Shown here in pieces: positions 38,438-48,835 of a stretch of DNA of 64,000 nucleotides. Position numbers and translations under genes: made by a program. The notes under the pieces are model-generated. The model saw only the letters and a list, made by a program, of their open reading frames with translations, was not told the DNA's origin and ran no database searches. This DNA comes from Dendrobates tinctorius (taxonomy: Eukaryota): positions 2,480,001 through 2,544,000 of the forward strand of contig NW_027361771.1 of the NCBI RefSeq assembly GCF_039654945.1, read 5' to 3'. The first letter of the stretch is position 1. Every line of letters starts with the position of its first letter.

Positions 38438-39456
38438 CCCAGGTGGGGTTTGGGCGAGAAGTGGTCGCTACAATGGTTAGCGCCCGGAAGCCTACCTCGG
38501 CAAAGATTTACCATCACACTTGGAAGGTCTTCTTTAGCTGGTGTCGAAATCACGGGGTTGCTCCACTAATTTTTTCTATTCCCAACATCTTGGCTTTTCT
38601 TCAGTCAGGCCTAGACTCAGGGTTGGCCCCGCGCTCCCTTAGGAGACAGATATCGGCCTTGTCTGTCTTCTTCCAGCGAAAGATCGCTACCAATATGCAG
38701 GTGAAGACCTTTATCCAGGGGGTCTCACATTTGGTACCCCCCTATAGAGCGCCCCTAGACTCCTGGGACCTTAACCTGGTCCTGAGTGTCCTGCAGGAAG
38801 CTCCGTTTGAGCCATTACCAGAAATTTCGTTGTCGTACCTTTCCAGGAAGGTGGTATTCTTGGTAGCCATAACTTCCATTAGGCGGGTCTCGGCGTTTGC
38901 GGCCATGTCATGCCGAGCTCCGTTTCTCATTTTTTTCAAGGATAAAGTGGTTCTAAGGCCAGCTCCCCCCTTTCTGCCGAAGGTCGTGTCCTCATTTCAC
39001 ATTAATGAGGATATCGTCTTGCCTTCATTTTGTCCAGCGCCAGTACATCATGTGGAAAAGGCGCTTCACACATTAGACCTAGTGAGAGCACTCAGAAGGT
39101 ACGTGTCGCTGACGGCACCCTTTTGCCAGACGGATACACTGTTCGTGCTCCCCGAAGGGCTCAGGAAGGGACTCGCAGCCTCAAAGTCGACCATAGCCAC
39201 ATGGATCCGTCTAACTATTCAGGAGGCCTACCATATTAGAGGCACTCCGATTCCTGCAGGGATCGGGGCGCATTCTACTCGGGCAGTGGGCGCCTCTTGG
39301 GCACTAAGGCACCAGGCTTCGGCGGAGCAGGTATGCAAGGCAGCGACCTGGTCCAGCCTGCACACATTTTCTAAACATTACAATGTGCATACTCTGGTCT
39401 CGGCAGATGCAAGCCTGGGTAGAAGAGTTCTCCAAGCAGCAGTGGCGCACCTTTAG
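37636..39456 (+). CDS. DIRS tyrosine recombinase (overlaps RH/MT; core starts at MAVE, 38413)
   Basis: Open frame with TSIRRVS, AHSTRAVGASWA and ATWSSLHTFSKHY (R...HxxR...Y). Confidence 0.88.
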   Translation: MVGGHNRREPPRLGSGFLSPHTSGAMVTTGSTPPDQLVGDTCSAAGAATFPALSSRTSCLDSIGQRHGGGLRKSSRGHPQQGNHARSRTRTSLGREEPLGNFSSPHTGRGKLGGGHPQPAGCRVRGMGAAPRGLPADLPTVGNTGCGFDGLRGERQSARVRGSVSGPTSDRSGCVGSTMEPVSPSILVSPATTTSEGHQENQNRGGSSNSAGPRLAPSGMVRGSSAAPCRRSMASARTTRLAVAGADLPPELRGPVFDGMAVESWILTQVGFGREVVATMVSARKPTSAKIYHHTWKVFFSWCRNHGVAPLIFSIPNILAFLQSGLDSGLAPRSLRRQISALSVFFQRKIATNMQVKTFIQGVSHLVPPYRAPLDSWDLNLVLSVLQEAPFEPLPEISLSYLSRKVVFLVAITSIRRVSAFAAMSCRAPFLIFFKDKVVLRPAPPFLPKVVSSFHINEDIVLPSFCPAPVHHVEKALHTLDLVRALRRYVSLTAPFCQTDTLFVLPEGLRKGLAASKSTIATWIRLTIQEAYHIRGTPIPAGIGAHSTRAVGASWALRHQASAEQVCKAATWSSLHTFSKHYNVHTLVSADASLGRRVLQAAVAHL

Positions 39457-39765
39457 ACAAGAGGTGCATGTGGCTTGGATCGGTGAGTCAATCTCCCACC
39501 CAGGGACTGCTTTAAGGCTACTTTCACACATCAGGTTTTCGGCGTCAGGCGCGATCCGGCGTCGTGCCGGAGCGCCGGATCCGGCAAATATTTTGTAAAA
39601 CAGGATGTGACGGATCCGTTTTTCTGCCGGATCCGTCTTGCTCTTCACAGACAAAACCGGATCCGGTTCATCCGGTTTTTGTTCCGTTTTTCGACGGATT
39701 ACACCGGATCCGGTTTTTAAAATCGCCCCTTGTGGCCTTCCGAACGGGATTGGCTACTGAAAAAC

Positions 39766-39773
39766 TATATATA
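39766..39773 (+). promoter_or_regulatory. Putative TATA box of Harbinger transposase
   Basis: TATATATA about 85 bp upstream of ATG 39853. Confidence 0.45.
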
Positions 39774-39852
39774 GCATGTTCCTACAGCCCTTCTTTGACA
39801 GGTTGGAGAGGAGAAAGTGCAGGTTGGAGAGAAGAGCAAGTTACTGGCGAAG

Positions 39853-41223
39853 ATGGATGTTGTGATTGGAAATATTTTGAAGAATTTGGCGGATTTTACA
39901 GCGGAGGCGAATCGTTTGAGGGTGATTGTTCTGGAGAAGGAGAGAGCGAGACAGCAGCGCATCAGGCATCGTAGACGACGTTTGTGGATCCACCCCATCA
40001 CAGCCAAGAGAATGACGCGTGGGGTCTATTCTACACTCTGCATGGACCTTAGACGAAACCCGGATAAATTTTTTGGATATGTTAGGATGAAAATGGAGAA
40101 TTTTGATTACTTGGTGGAGCGCATTGCACACCTCATAAGAAAAGCGGACACTTATTGCCGCTTCTCCGTTTCACCCGCAGAGCGTCTGATGGTGACTTTA
40201 AGGTAAGCCACATTTATTGGATGTGCTCGCATCAGAGCACACTTTCACTGCAATCTTGTTGGTGGTAGGTTGCAGCTCCAAGTGTTATAGCTGAGTTTTG
40301 GTATGTAATGCTGTGATTTTAAACTAATTGATTGTTTTTTAATTCCCCACAGATTTCTTGCAACTGGAGAATCCCTTTCGTCACTGCATTTCCAGTACAG
40401 ACTCGGGATTTCCACCATATCTGGAATAGTGAAGTACACATGCCGTGCACTGTGGGACTCCTTAGCTGAAGAGTTTTTACCAGAGCCCACAACAGAGAGG
40501 TGGATTGAAATTTCAGAAAAGTTTCAACAGATATGTCAGTTTCCCAACTGCTTGGGCGCTGTGGACGGGAAACATATCCGCATTGTAAAGCCAGCCGGAT
40601 CGGGATCGGAATATTTCAATTACAAGAAATATTTTTCCATTGTCCTCATGGCCATCGCTGACGCGGAATACAAATTTATTGCTGTTGATATTGGGGCCTA
40701 TGGCCGCTCCAATGACTCTCAAGTTTTCAAACTGTCTGCCATGGGGCGTAAACTGTATGGAAACACCTTCCAGTTCCCACCCCCTAGACTGCTGCCGCAA
40801 ACATCTGGTCCACCTATGCCATTTGTCTGTGTAGGGGATGAAGCCTTCCAGCTGTCAGAACACCTTTTGAAACCGTTCTCTAGCAGAGGATTGTCAAGAA
40901 CAAAACGCATTTTTAATTACCGCCTCACAAGAGCAAGAAGAATGGTTGAATGTACCTTTGGTATTCTGACAGCCAAATGGCGGGTCCTATTGACTGCGAT
41001 CAACCTCAAGACAGAAACTGTGGACGAGGTGATCAAAGCTTGCGTGGTACTCCACAATTTTGTTATCTGCAAGGAACCCATTTCCATTGAGGATACCTCT
41101 GAAAAAACCACCTTGCAAGATTACCATGACATTACCACTAGAAGTTCTGTGACGGTTTCAGTAATGAGGGACAATTTTGCACTATACTTTGTCACCTCAA
41201 GGCAGAGTACACTGGCAGGATGA
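39853..41223 (+). CDS. Harbinger DDE transposase, exons 39853-40202 and 40353-41223
   Basis: LWIHP, SPAERLMVTLR|FLATG across an AG|gtaagc...cacag intron; AVDGKHI, NYKKYFS, GDEAF, RRMVECTFG; probable 2-bp deletion near 41195. Confidence 0.93.
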
Positions 41224-41716
41224 CAGAGTGTGAAAGCTTTGTGCCCTTAACCAAACTTGTGTACCAACAGTATATACCTTTGCCAACCAAAGTTGGCTAT
41301 CTTGTCATGGTCTTACTATTTTTACCTTTAGGCCACAGGTGTGTACCTGGTTGTGTTTTATGCAAAGTATTTCACCTTTTAACAAAAGTTGTGTACATTG
41401 ATAGGAAATCACCAACAATAAACACAACTTTTTAGGTGAAATACTTTGCTTCCAACACAACTGTGGCAAAAAGGTAAAATTTACCCACAGTTATATACCA
41501 GGTTTTGAATACCTTTTGACCTTTGAAATTATTTAACCTTTTTTTGTAAACATATTTCGCCGCAGAAAGAAATGACAGACAACCATTGTAAAAGTAATTT
41601 AACTTTTATTTAAAATTTTTTTTTTTTTTGTAAAATGTTTTTAAAGTTAGTTAAAAAAACTTTTTGAATAAATGTTTGAAAACAAGCAAATGGGCATTTT
41701 TATTAAAAAAAAAACA

Positions 41717-44224
41717 TTACAACTCGGTGTAGTGTGGGGTGGAAATACTGCTGGAGGGGCTGCGGGACACTTCGACACTGGGAGTGTGGAGAGAGGACTG
41801 GGATCGTGGTGGGGAAGGAACAGTTAGAGGTGAAGGTGTGGAAAAAGCTACAGAATGGGTGGACATGTGGGAGGCAGAAGAGGTGGTGGGCGGTGGAGTG
41901 GAGGGTTGGGCAGGGACTGTAGGAGCAGATGATGTTGATGGCAAGTTGTATGGGGAAGGAGTTTGGTACGGGGAAGGAGTTTGGTACGGGGCAGGTTGCT
42001 GGAAGTGGGGAGATGTCTGGTACTGGGGAGGTTGCTGGTACTGGGGAGGTTGCTGGTACTGGGGAGGTGGCTGGTGCTGGGGAGGTGGATGGTATGTAAT
42101 AGGAGGGGGAGGATGGAAAGTGGCTGGAGGGGGTGCAGGTGGAGGAACTACTGTGGTGGGAGGAGGAGGTTGGGAGGTAACGTGCTGGAGAGCACTGTGG
42201 CATGAATGCATTACATGCATCTGCTGGGTAGGAGAGAGCGTTTCCATGCGCTCCACAACAGACCTGAAAAAGGTGTGGTTTGGCGAAGATCTTGCTTCTG
42301 AATGCATGGTTTGCAGAAGTGTCTTCACCTCCAGAATGCTGGAGTTGATCTGCTGAAAGCCTGCGGAGATTTGCTCTGACAAGACTTTTAGACAGTTCTG
42401 GAAAGATGCATTCAGATGCAAGAACTCTGGCGCATAAGTCTTTTCCTGACCCCTCTGCCGCTGCCGCCCAGTACCCGCAGGTGTACTAGAGGTGGCAGGG
42501 GCAGAAGGGTGGGGTAAAGGGAAAGCGATCTCCTCACCAGCAGCTTCATGTAATGTAGGCGGCCACGATGCTCCTGTGCTGGTGGATGGGACAGATGGGT
42601 CGAATGTGTGGGAAGGCTGGGAAGGTGCAGATGTACCGGGGCGGTCGAAGTGTCCCTCGGTGCCGGTCTCCTCAGGGATCGCCTCAGAAGGGTCCAATCG
42701 TGCAGGCTCCCGAGTGCTGCTCACCGTGCTGTGGAATAAAGAGAAAAAAAAACAATTAAAATAGTGACATGGTATGGCCCTGGCTGAAAAAAAAAAGTTA
42801 CATATAAACATTTTTTTGTCACATGTGGTGTGTAATATTTACCTTCTGGTGACCATTGTATCCCGGAGGAACGACAGGGCTCGTGCGTACTTGTACTTGC
42901 TCCTGCGTCCTCCAGATCCACTCGGGGCCCGCATCTCTTTATTGAACTCCTTCTTGAAACGATCCCTCACAGACCGCCACCGCTTTACAATTCTCTCCCC
43001 TGAAACGAGAAAGGACAAAGTGGTTAGTATACAACATCAGTGTTTCCCAAACTCCAGTCCTCATGGTCCCCAGGGGTCATGTTTTCAGGAATTCCAAAGT
43101 AAATAGAAATCCTGAACACATGATCCGTGGGGACCACGAGGACTGGAGTTCGGGAAACACTGGTTTAAATCAAGCAACCGGTACTGTATATACTTACGCT
43201 CTTTAATCTGGGCCCGAGCATCGAGGTCCTCCCAGCGGTCCACAAGGAGCGAACAGATTTCCTCCCAGAGTCGTCGGGTAACGATAAGGTCAGCATGGCG
43301 GCGGTCAGCCATATTCCAGAGCGGCTCCCTTTCTCTGACGAGATCGATGAGGTGGTCCACATCGATTCCTCCATCCTCACCGTCAGAGTCGGGAGCACGC
43401 TGTGAAGGCTGTTAAAGAAAAAGACAAAAATAACATAATTAGCCTCCACAAAAGAAATGAAATAAAAAGTGCAAAAAAACAAAGCAAAAATATTTATACT
43501 TACACGCTGGTGACCGCCGCGTTGCTGTCGCCGACGACCCTGGGAGGCACTGCGAGGACCTCTTGGCCGAGCACCAGATTGGGAAGACTAGAGAAGAAAA
43601 CAAAAAATGTTATGTCTTTGGATGTAGGCATTTGTTTGCTGTGTGTGGTCTGCAGAACATTGTTTTCTATGTGTTGTGTGTAGTGTGATGTTGTGTTTCT
43701 GCGTTTGATGCAAAAATCTTACCAATTGTGAGCCCACTCCAGGTGTCTGTCCACCCCTTCCTTCTTCTTCTGGGAGCTCCTCTTCATCTTGTGATTCCTG
43801 TTTTGAAATAAAAGGCAATGAATAGACATATATTACAGAGATGATGGATTTTGGAAATAAAAACTTACCGTCAAACGCTGACGATGCGAGGGAGGGCTCC
43901 CAGAAGAAGATGTGCTGTCTTCCTGCTGGCCAGACTCCATGGCTGTGGGTGGTGTTGCTGCTGCCAGTGCTGCCATTGCTGCTGCTGCTGCATCTCTTGG
44001 GCGGCTGTTGAATAAAGAGAAACAAAGGGGCAATGAATATCTTGATATTCCATGGCCCTAGTTTGGAGGAATGGGGGATTTGATAATTACCGTCTCTCAT
44101 CTGCTGCTGGACTCCCCTCCCGTTGTTCAGCATGCTGCTCCATTTGGGATGGTGGTGGTGCTGATGGTGCTGCTGCAGATGTCTCCTGCCTTCTCCTGCA
44201 CCTGGTTCTTGTCTTGGGTGGCAT
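41717..44224 (-). CDS. Harbinger DNA-binding partner (MADF/Myb-SANT-like + BESS-like + PQY-rich tail), 7 exons: 44224-44091, 44004-43869, 43797-43723, 43587-43504, 43408-43198, 42999-42843, 42728-41717; 602 aa
   Basis: All introns GT-AG with compatible phases (2,0,0,0,1,2); 1809 nt with no internal stop; MADF LIDLVREREPLWN...LWEEI...KRWRSVRDRF...YARALSFL. Confidence 0.85.
43038..43162. mobile_element. Small hAT-type MITE in intron 5 of the Harbinger MADF gene
   Basis: TIRs CAGTGTTTCCCAAACTCCAGTCCTC / GAGGACTGGAGTTCGGGAAACACTG; no clear TSD. Confidence 0.8.
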
Positions 44225-44256
44225 GTTGGGTGTGGCTGAGGGTCCCACTGTCTTGC

Positions 44257-44266
44257 TTTTATATAT
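44257..44266 (-). promoter_or_regulatory. Putative TATA box of Harbinger MADF gene
   Basis: Minus-strand ATATATAAAA about 35 bp upstream of ATG 44224. Confidence 0.55.
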
Positions 44267-45314
44267 GTGTCTTGTGGGCAGAGCTACTGAGCATGCTCAG
44301 ACCAAAAAAACCGGATCTGGCCACTGGATCCGGCTGTCGCCGGATGAGGCGCATTGCGGCGCTCATAGGCTTTCATTGTGTGAAAAAGCCGGACACGCCG
44401 GATCCGGCGTGTCCGGCTTTTTCGCCGGAGACAAAAAAACGTTACAGTAGCCGTTTTTTCCAGACGCCGGATCGCGACACATTGCCGGATCCGGCGAAAA
44501 CCGGATGAAACGCATGGCCATCCGGCTCGATCCGGCTCTAATGCAAGTCAATGGGGGAGAAACCGGATCGCGGAAACCGGATCCGGTTTTTGTCAAAAGC
44601 GCCGGATCGCGCCTGACGGCGAAAACCTGATGTGTGAAAGAAGCCTAAGACATCCCACAGTACCTGTGTCCCCTAATGAGACGAAGGAGAAACATGGATT
44701 TTTGTGAGTACTCACCGTAAAATCCTTTTCTCCGAGACGCTCATTGGGGGGGACAGCACCCACCCTGTTAGCCAAGTGGGTTCTTGTTTATTTAATTAAT
44801 ATATTTTTGTTGAGATTAGGGTGGGCCTTTTCCAGACAGATTGTATTCTGCATTAAGGCTGATTTGTTTTGTGTTCTCCTACTGCTGTTGCACTAAACTG
44901 AGTTCCACCCGCAATCGGGGCGAGGGTGTATGCGGCGGAGGAGGAGCTAACCTTTTTTTGTTCACTTAGTGTCAGCCTCCAGGCGGCAGTAGCATACACC
45001 CACAGTACCTGTGTCCCCCAGTGAGCGTCTCGGAGTAAAGGATTTTACGGTGAGTACTCACAAAAATCCATGTTTTTGCTGGGGTTTTTTGTACTTTTTG
45101 CTTTCTATGGGTGAAAAAAGCTGCAAAAATACTGAAAGAAGTGACATGCTGCAGGTTGCAAAAACGCATCAGTTTTCCAATTCAGTCAGGAAAAAAAACC
45201 AATGTGTGCGCATGAGATTTCTGAAATCCCATAGCTTTTGCTGGTACTGTAAGATGCAGCTTTCAATTTTTTTATAAAACGTAGAAAAAACTCAACATGT
45301 GAATATAGCCTTTA

Positions 45315-45509
45315 GGCCACATGTATACATTCAGTATTTGGTGAGTTTTTTACCCCAGTATCTGTAAGCCGAAACCAGGGGTGGGTGATAAATCCAGAAG
45401 TGGTGATTTGGTTTCTATTCTACTTTTCCTCTGATTGTTCCACTCCTGATTTTGACTTACAAATACTGGGGTGAAAAACTCACCAAATACTGAATGTGTG
45501 CATGTGGCC
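45315..45509. mobile_element. Harbinger-type MITE
   Basis: TTA|GGCCACATGTATACATTCAGTATTTGGTGAG ... CTCACCAAATACTGAATGTGTGCATGTGGCC|TTA. Confidence 0.85.
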
Positions 45510-45710
45510 TTACTGTGTAACCAAGAGCTCTGCTCTGCGGGGAAAACACGGGCGCCTTGGCCCCTGCATTTTCAGAATCACTGGAGGTCCCAAAGGTCGG
45601 GCACCTTCCAATTATAAAGTAAAGGAATATGCTAGCATTATGTAATCACATTGCACAATGAGAATATCCCTTTGATACTATTATAGATAACCTATCCTGG
45701 GTATTTGCAG

Positions 45711-45810
45711 GTGTGATGAGGATTCTGATGATGAAGGGAATGAAGTCTCTTCTGAAAATCGCAAACATGAATGGAACAGCTTTTACCAGAAGCAGATGAA
45801 TTTGAGAAAG
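45711..45810 (+). CDS. RECQL5: RECQL5 exon (CDEDSDDEGNEVSSENRKHEWNSFYQKQMNLRK)
   Basis: Matches human HKREWNLFYQKQMQLRK; phase-2 acceptor ttgcag, donor gtgagc. Confidence 0.95.
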
Positions 45811-45891
45811 GTGAGCTGAAAGTCTAGGCTCTCCAGTACCAGGACAGTAACAAGCGGTAACTTTTTCATGGACTGTTCTTTTTTTTCACAG

Positions 45892-45922
45892 AGCAAAGAA
45901 TTGGAGGAATTTATTCTACCAA
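45892..45922 (+). CDS. RECQL5: RECQL5 31-bp micro-exon (SKELEEFILP)
   Basis: Matches human KIEEFVPP; ttttcacag / gtatgt; phases fit both neighbours. Confidence 0.88.
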
Positions 45923-46239
45923 GTATGTTTTCATTACTGAAATACTCCCTTCTGTGTACCAGAATGGAGATCTTCTCTGGAGCACCTGGAACGTTTTTGT
46001 ACTACATGAATAATCATTTTTATGAATATCCAGCAGTTGATGCTACATTTCTCTTGATGAAGTCGTGAATGCTTTGGCTTCATTTAAAAAAAAAAAAAAA
46101 AAGAAGTTTTTTCTCTGATCATCTGTGGTTTAAGGATAGTGTTTTCTTTTGTTTTTTAGCTCTAGAACATAAAGTATATGTGGGCTGTTTCAGGCAGTAG
46201 AGTTATGCACTGTTCTGTATTTTTCTTTTCTGGGAATAG

Positions 46240-46298
46240 GCGAAGACTGTCCACTTAAAGATGGTGCTAATGACAAAATACCCAAACTTACTGTTAAG
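46240..46298 (+). CDS. RECQL5: RECQL5 exon (EDCPLKDGANDKIPKLTVK)
   Basis: Matches human ENCPLKEASSRRIPRLTVK; aatag / gtagga. Confidence 0.94.
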
Positions 46299-46347
46299 GT
46301 AGGAATTTAAAATTACGCATTACAATATGCTATATCTTCCTCATTAT

Positions 46348-48040
46348 TAAGCAAAAGGAAGAAATCGGAGCCAGTGTCCAAAACTAAATAAAACATGGAA
46401 TTTATCCTCAAGGTAAAAACATCAGTAAGATTTCACATACAGGAGATGTAAATATCGCTTATGGGCACAACTAGGTATACTGACAGTAATATAAAGATCT
46501 TGCAAAAGGAGGTCAGATTGTACACATTGGTTAATTCATTATTTGCGTCTCTGATAGGTAGGTAATTGTATATTGTGAGAAATTTTACCGCGAAAGGAAG
46601 AGGAAAAAGATTCCTATTTTTTACAGTCATGAATTTCTCAAATTTGCATTATTATCAAAAACCTATCTACCACTTCTTTTTAATGATCCAGATTTCACAT
46701 TTTCAAATTCATGAATTTCTCAAATATGTACTGTTATCAAGAAAGATCTACCAGTTCTTTTTAATGATCCGGTTTTCAAATCTGGTAATGACACCAGGGG
46801 TTAAATTTGTATCAAGAAAGGCACCCACAATAGGCCAACTACTTTCACCCAAGTTATTCACAAAGTATAAAAAAAAGTGTAGACTGCAGCTCAAAATACT
46901 TGGTTAATTTAGGTACATGCAGCAGCTGTCAGATTCACTATGATGAATGTACCTCCAGTTTTAAAAACGAGGAACAGGAAACACCTTTCAGACGTTGGCA
47001 AAACAGGGGTGGCTGCATAGGCAGTTTCATCTCATTTTAAAAATATACTTGGAATCATAGAAAGTTAGAGTTGGAAGAGACCACCAGGGTCATCGTGTCC
47101 ATCCCCCCTACTCAATACAGGGTTCACTAAATCATCCCAGACAGATGTCTGTCCAGCCTCTGTTTGAAGACTTCCATTGAAGGAGAACTCGCCACTTCTT
47201 GTGGCAGCCTGTTCCACTCATTGATCATCTTCACTGTCAAAAAGTTTTTTTTCTAATATCTAATCTGTATCTTCTCCCTTTCAGTTTCATTCCATTGCTT
47301 CTCATGTTTCCATGTACAAATGAGAATAAGGATGATCCCGCTACACTGTGACAGCCCTTCAGATATTTGTAGACAGCTATTAAGTCTCCTCTTCCCTTCT
47401 TTTTTTGCAAGCTAAACATACCCAGATCCTTTCACCGTTCCTCGTAGGACATATTTTACAGTCTGCTCACCATCCTGGTCGCTCTTCTATGAACTTGCTC
47501 CAGTTTTTCGATGTCTTTTTTTTAATATGTGGTGCCCAGAACTGGACACAGTATTCATAGAAGTAACCATTCACACTTTACAGCTCAAGCAATAGAAAAG
47601 GTAGATAAACCACCTAGAAGTGGTAATGATTATAGTAAACTGTTAAATATAGTCTTTCTGGATTTACATGCAAAAACAAGCACTCCAATTGGTCTGAACA
47701 CACGACATGAACACGTACAATATTAAGCTTTCACGTAAAGGTATGACAGTTTTTTCTCTTATCCTTTTTTGATAAATTTGTTCCAATATCCAACTATTCA
47801 CCTATCAGGTGCAATTAATCAATGTGTACCATGTGACTTCATTTTGGAAAGTTTTTAAATCACAGTTTGTATGTATGTTTCTATGTTATGATTAAGGGCC
47901 AGTTGTGCCAGAAACCCAAAAGCGATATTCACATCTCCTGTATGTGAATGTTACTGGTTACATGTTTTTAACTTTAAGAAATACATTTTGGATTTTATTT
48001 AATTTTGGACACTGGCTCCAGTTTTGTCCTTGTGCTTATC
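46348..48040 (+). mobile_element. Degenerate Penelope-like element with inverted ends, interrupted by CR1
   Basis: ggagccagtgtccaaaa (46367) inverted at 48004; remnants RKAPTIGQLLSP and FTAQAIEKVDKPPRSG. Confidence 0.6.
47052..47555 (-). mobile_element. CR1 LINE 3' fragment
   Basis: MFSLQKKKGRGDLIAVYKYLKG...RYRLDIRK plus CR1 3' UTR. Confidence 0.88.
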
Positions 48041-48483
48041 CACTAGCCATACAACCACTCAGGTGCTGTGCTTAATATTCCTCTTCTTCTTTATATATTA
48101 AGCTTATATAGTGCCATCATATTCCATAACTCTTTACATACATTACCATCTCTGTCCCCATTGGGGCTCTCAATCTAAATTTCTTATTAGCATTTCTTGG
48201 AGTGGGCAGGCCAGCAGAGTATCTATTGGAAACCCACACAAACACGGAAAAAACATACAAACTACTTGCGGATATTGTCATTGATGGGACTTAAACTTAA
48301 GACCTCAGTGCAATATTACTGATCAGTGCAACAATGCACTGGGTTTTTTTTTTTTTTTAAAGACAGATTCTAGTTGTTTCTCCATTGATCTAAACCCCCC
48401 ATACATAATAGAAAGCTGTTCAGTAATTAATCGGCCAACTGCTTTTTCTCCTGTGTCCACCATACACAAGAATACTCGGCTAA

Positions 48484-48811
48484 GGCTATGGGCATACGCT
48501 GCGGATTCACCTGCGGATTTTTCAGTGCGGATCCGCAGGTAAAACCGCGGTTTTCCTGTGGATTGGCAAGCGGTTTTCCCTTGCGGTTTGACACCTGGAC
48601 AATGGAATAGGTGTCAAACCGCAGCGGAATCCGCAGAAAGAATTGACATGCTGCGGATTTAAAATTGCAGCTTTTCCACAGGGAAAAATCCGCAGCATGT
48701 GCACTGCGGATTTGAAATACCATTGACTAACATGGTACTGTACTATGCGGAACTGCTACAGATCCGCAGAGGCCAAATCCGCAGCAGAATCCGCAGCGTG
48801 TGCACATACCC
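48484..48811. mobile_element. Harbinger-type MITE (TGCGGA family)
   Basis: GGCTATGGGCATACGCTGCGGA ... TCCGCAGCGTGTGCACATACCC. Confidence 0.75.
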
Positions 48812-48835
48812 TTAGATCTGTTGTGTTCTCTATAA

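Larger units (their letters stand above)
39516..44645. mobile_element. Complete two-gene PIF/Harbinger transposon
   Basis: 46-bp TIRs GGCT(A/T)CTTTCACACATCAGGTTTTCG(G/C)CGTCAGGCGCGATCCGGCG with 2 mismatches; TAA TSD (39513-15 / 44646-48); convergent transposase and MADF genes. Confidence 0.96.
34223..45075 (+). mobile_element. Full-length DIRS1-like tyrosine-recombinase retrotransposon (disabled)
   Basis: Left ITR 34223-34363 is inverted at 44896-45020; 3' extension to 45075; ICR 44654-44750 complementary to both termini; TTT at both ends; gag, RT-RH-MT and YR ORFs. Confidence 0.95.
34015..45310. mobile_element. Old Harbinger-type MITE split by the DIRS insertion (halves 34015-34222 and 45076-45310)
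   Basis: Degenerate TIRs gcctttgttcacac / atgtgaatatagcc; tgcg/tttt-rich body on both sides of the DIRS. Confidence 0.6.

Noticed and set aside
36913-39456. Prokaryotic retron/phage integrase system or contamination
   Set aside because: RT, RH, MT and YR with ITR/ICR is the standard DIRS1 layout, embedded in a spliced vertebrate gene
39853-41223. Domesticated HARBI1 host gene
   Set aside because: It lies within intact TIRs and a TAA TSD inside a DIRS, so it is a transposon copy
41739-42356. G/W-rich 205-aa plus-strand ORF
   Set aside because: Antisense shadow of the proline-rich tail of the MADF gene
47880-47925. Hammerhead remnant (tatgattaagggcc...ccagaaac) in the old Penelope
   Set aside because: Core too degenerate to call
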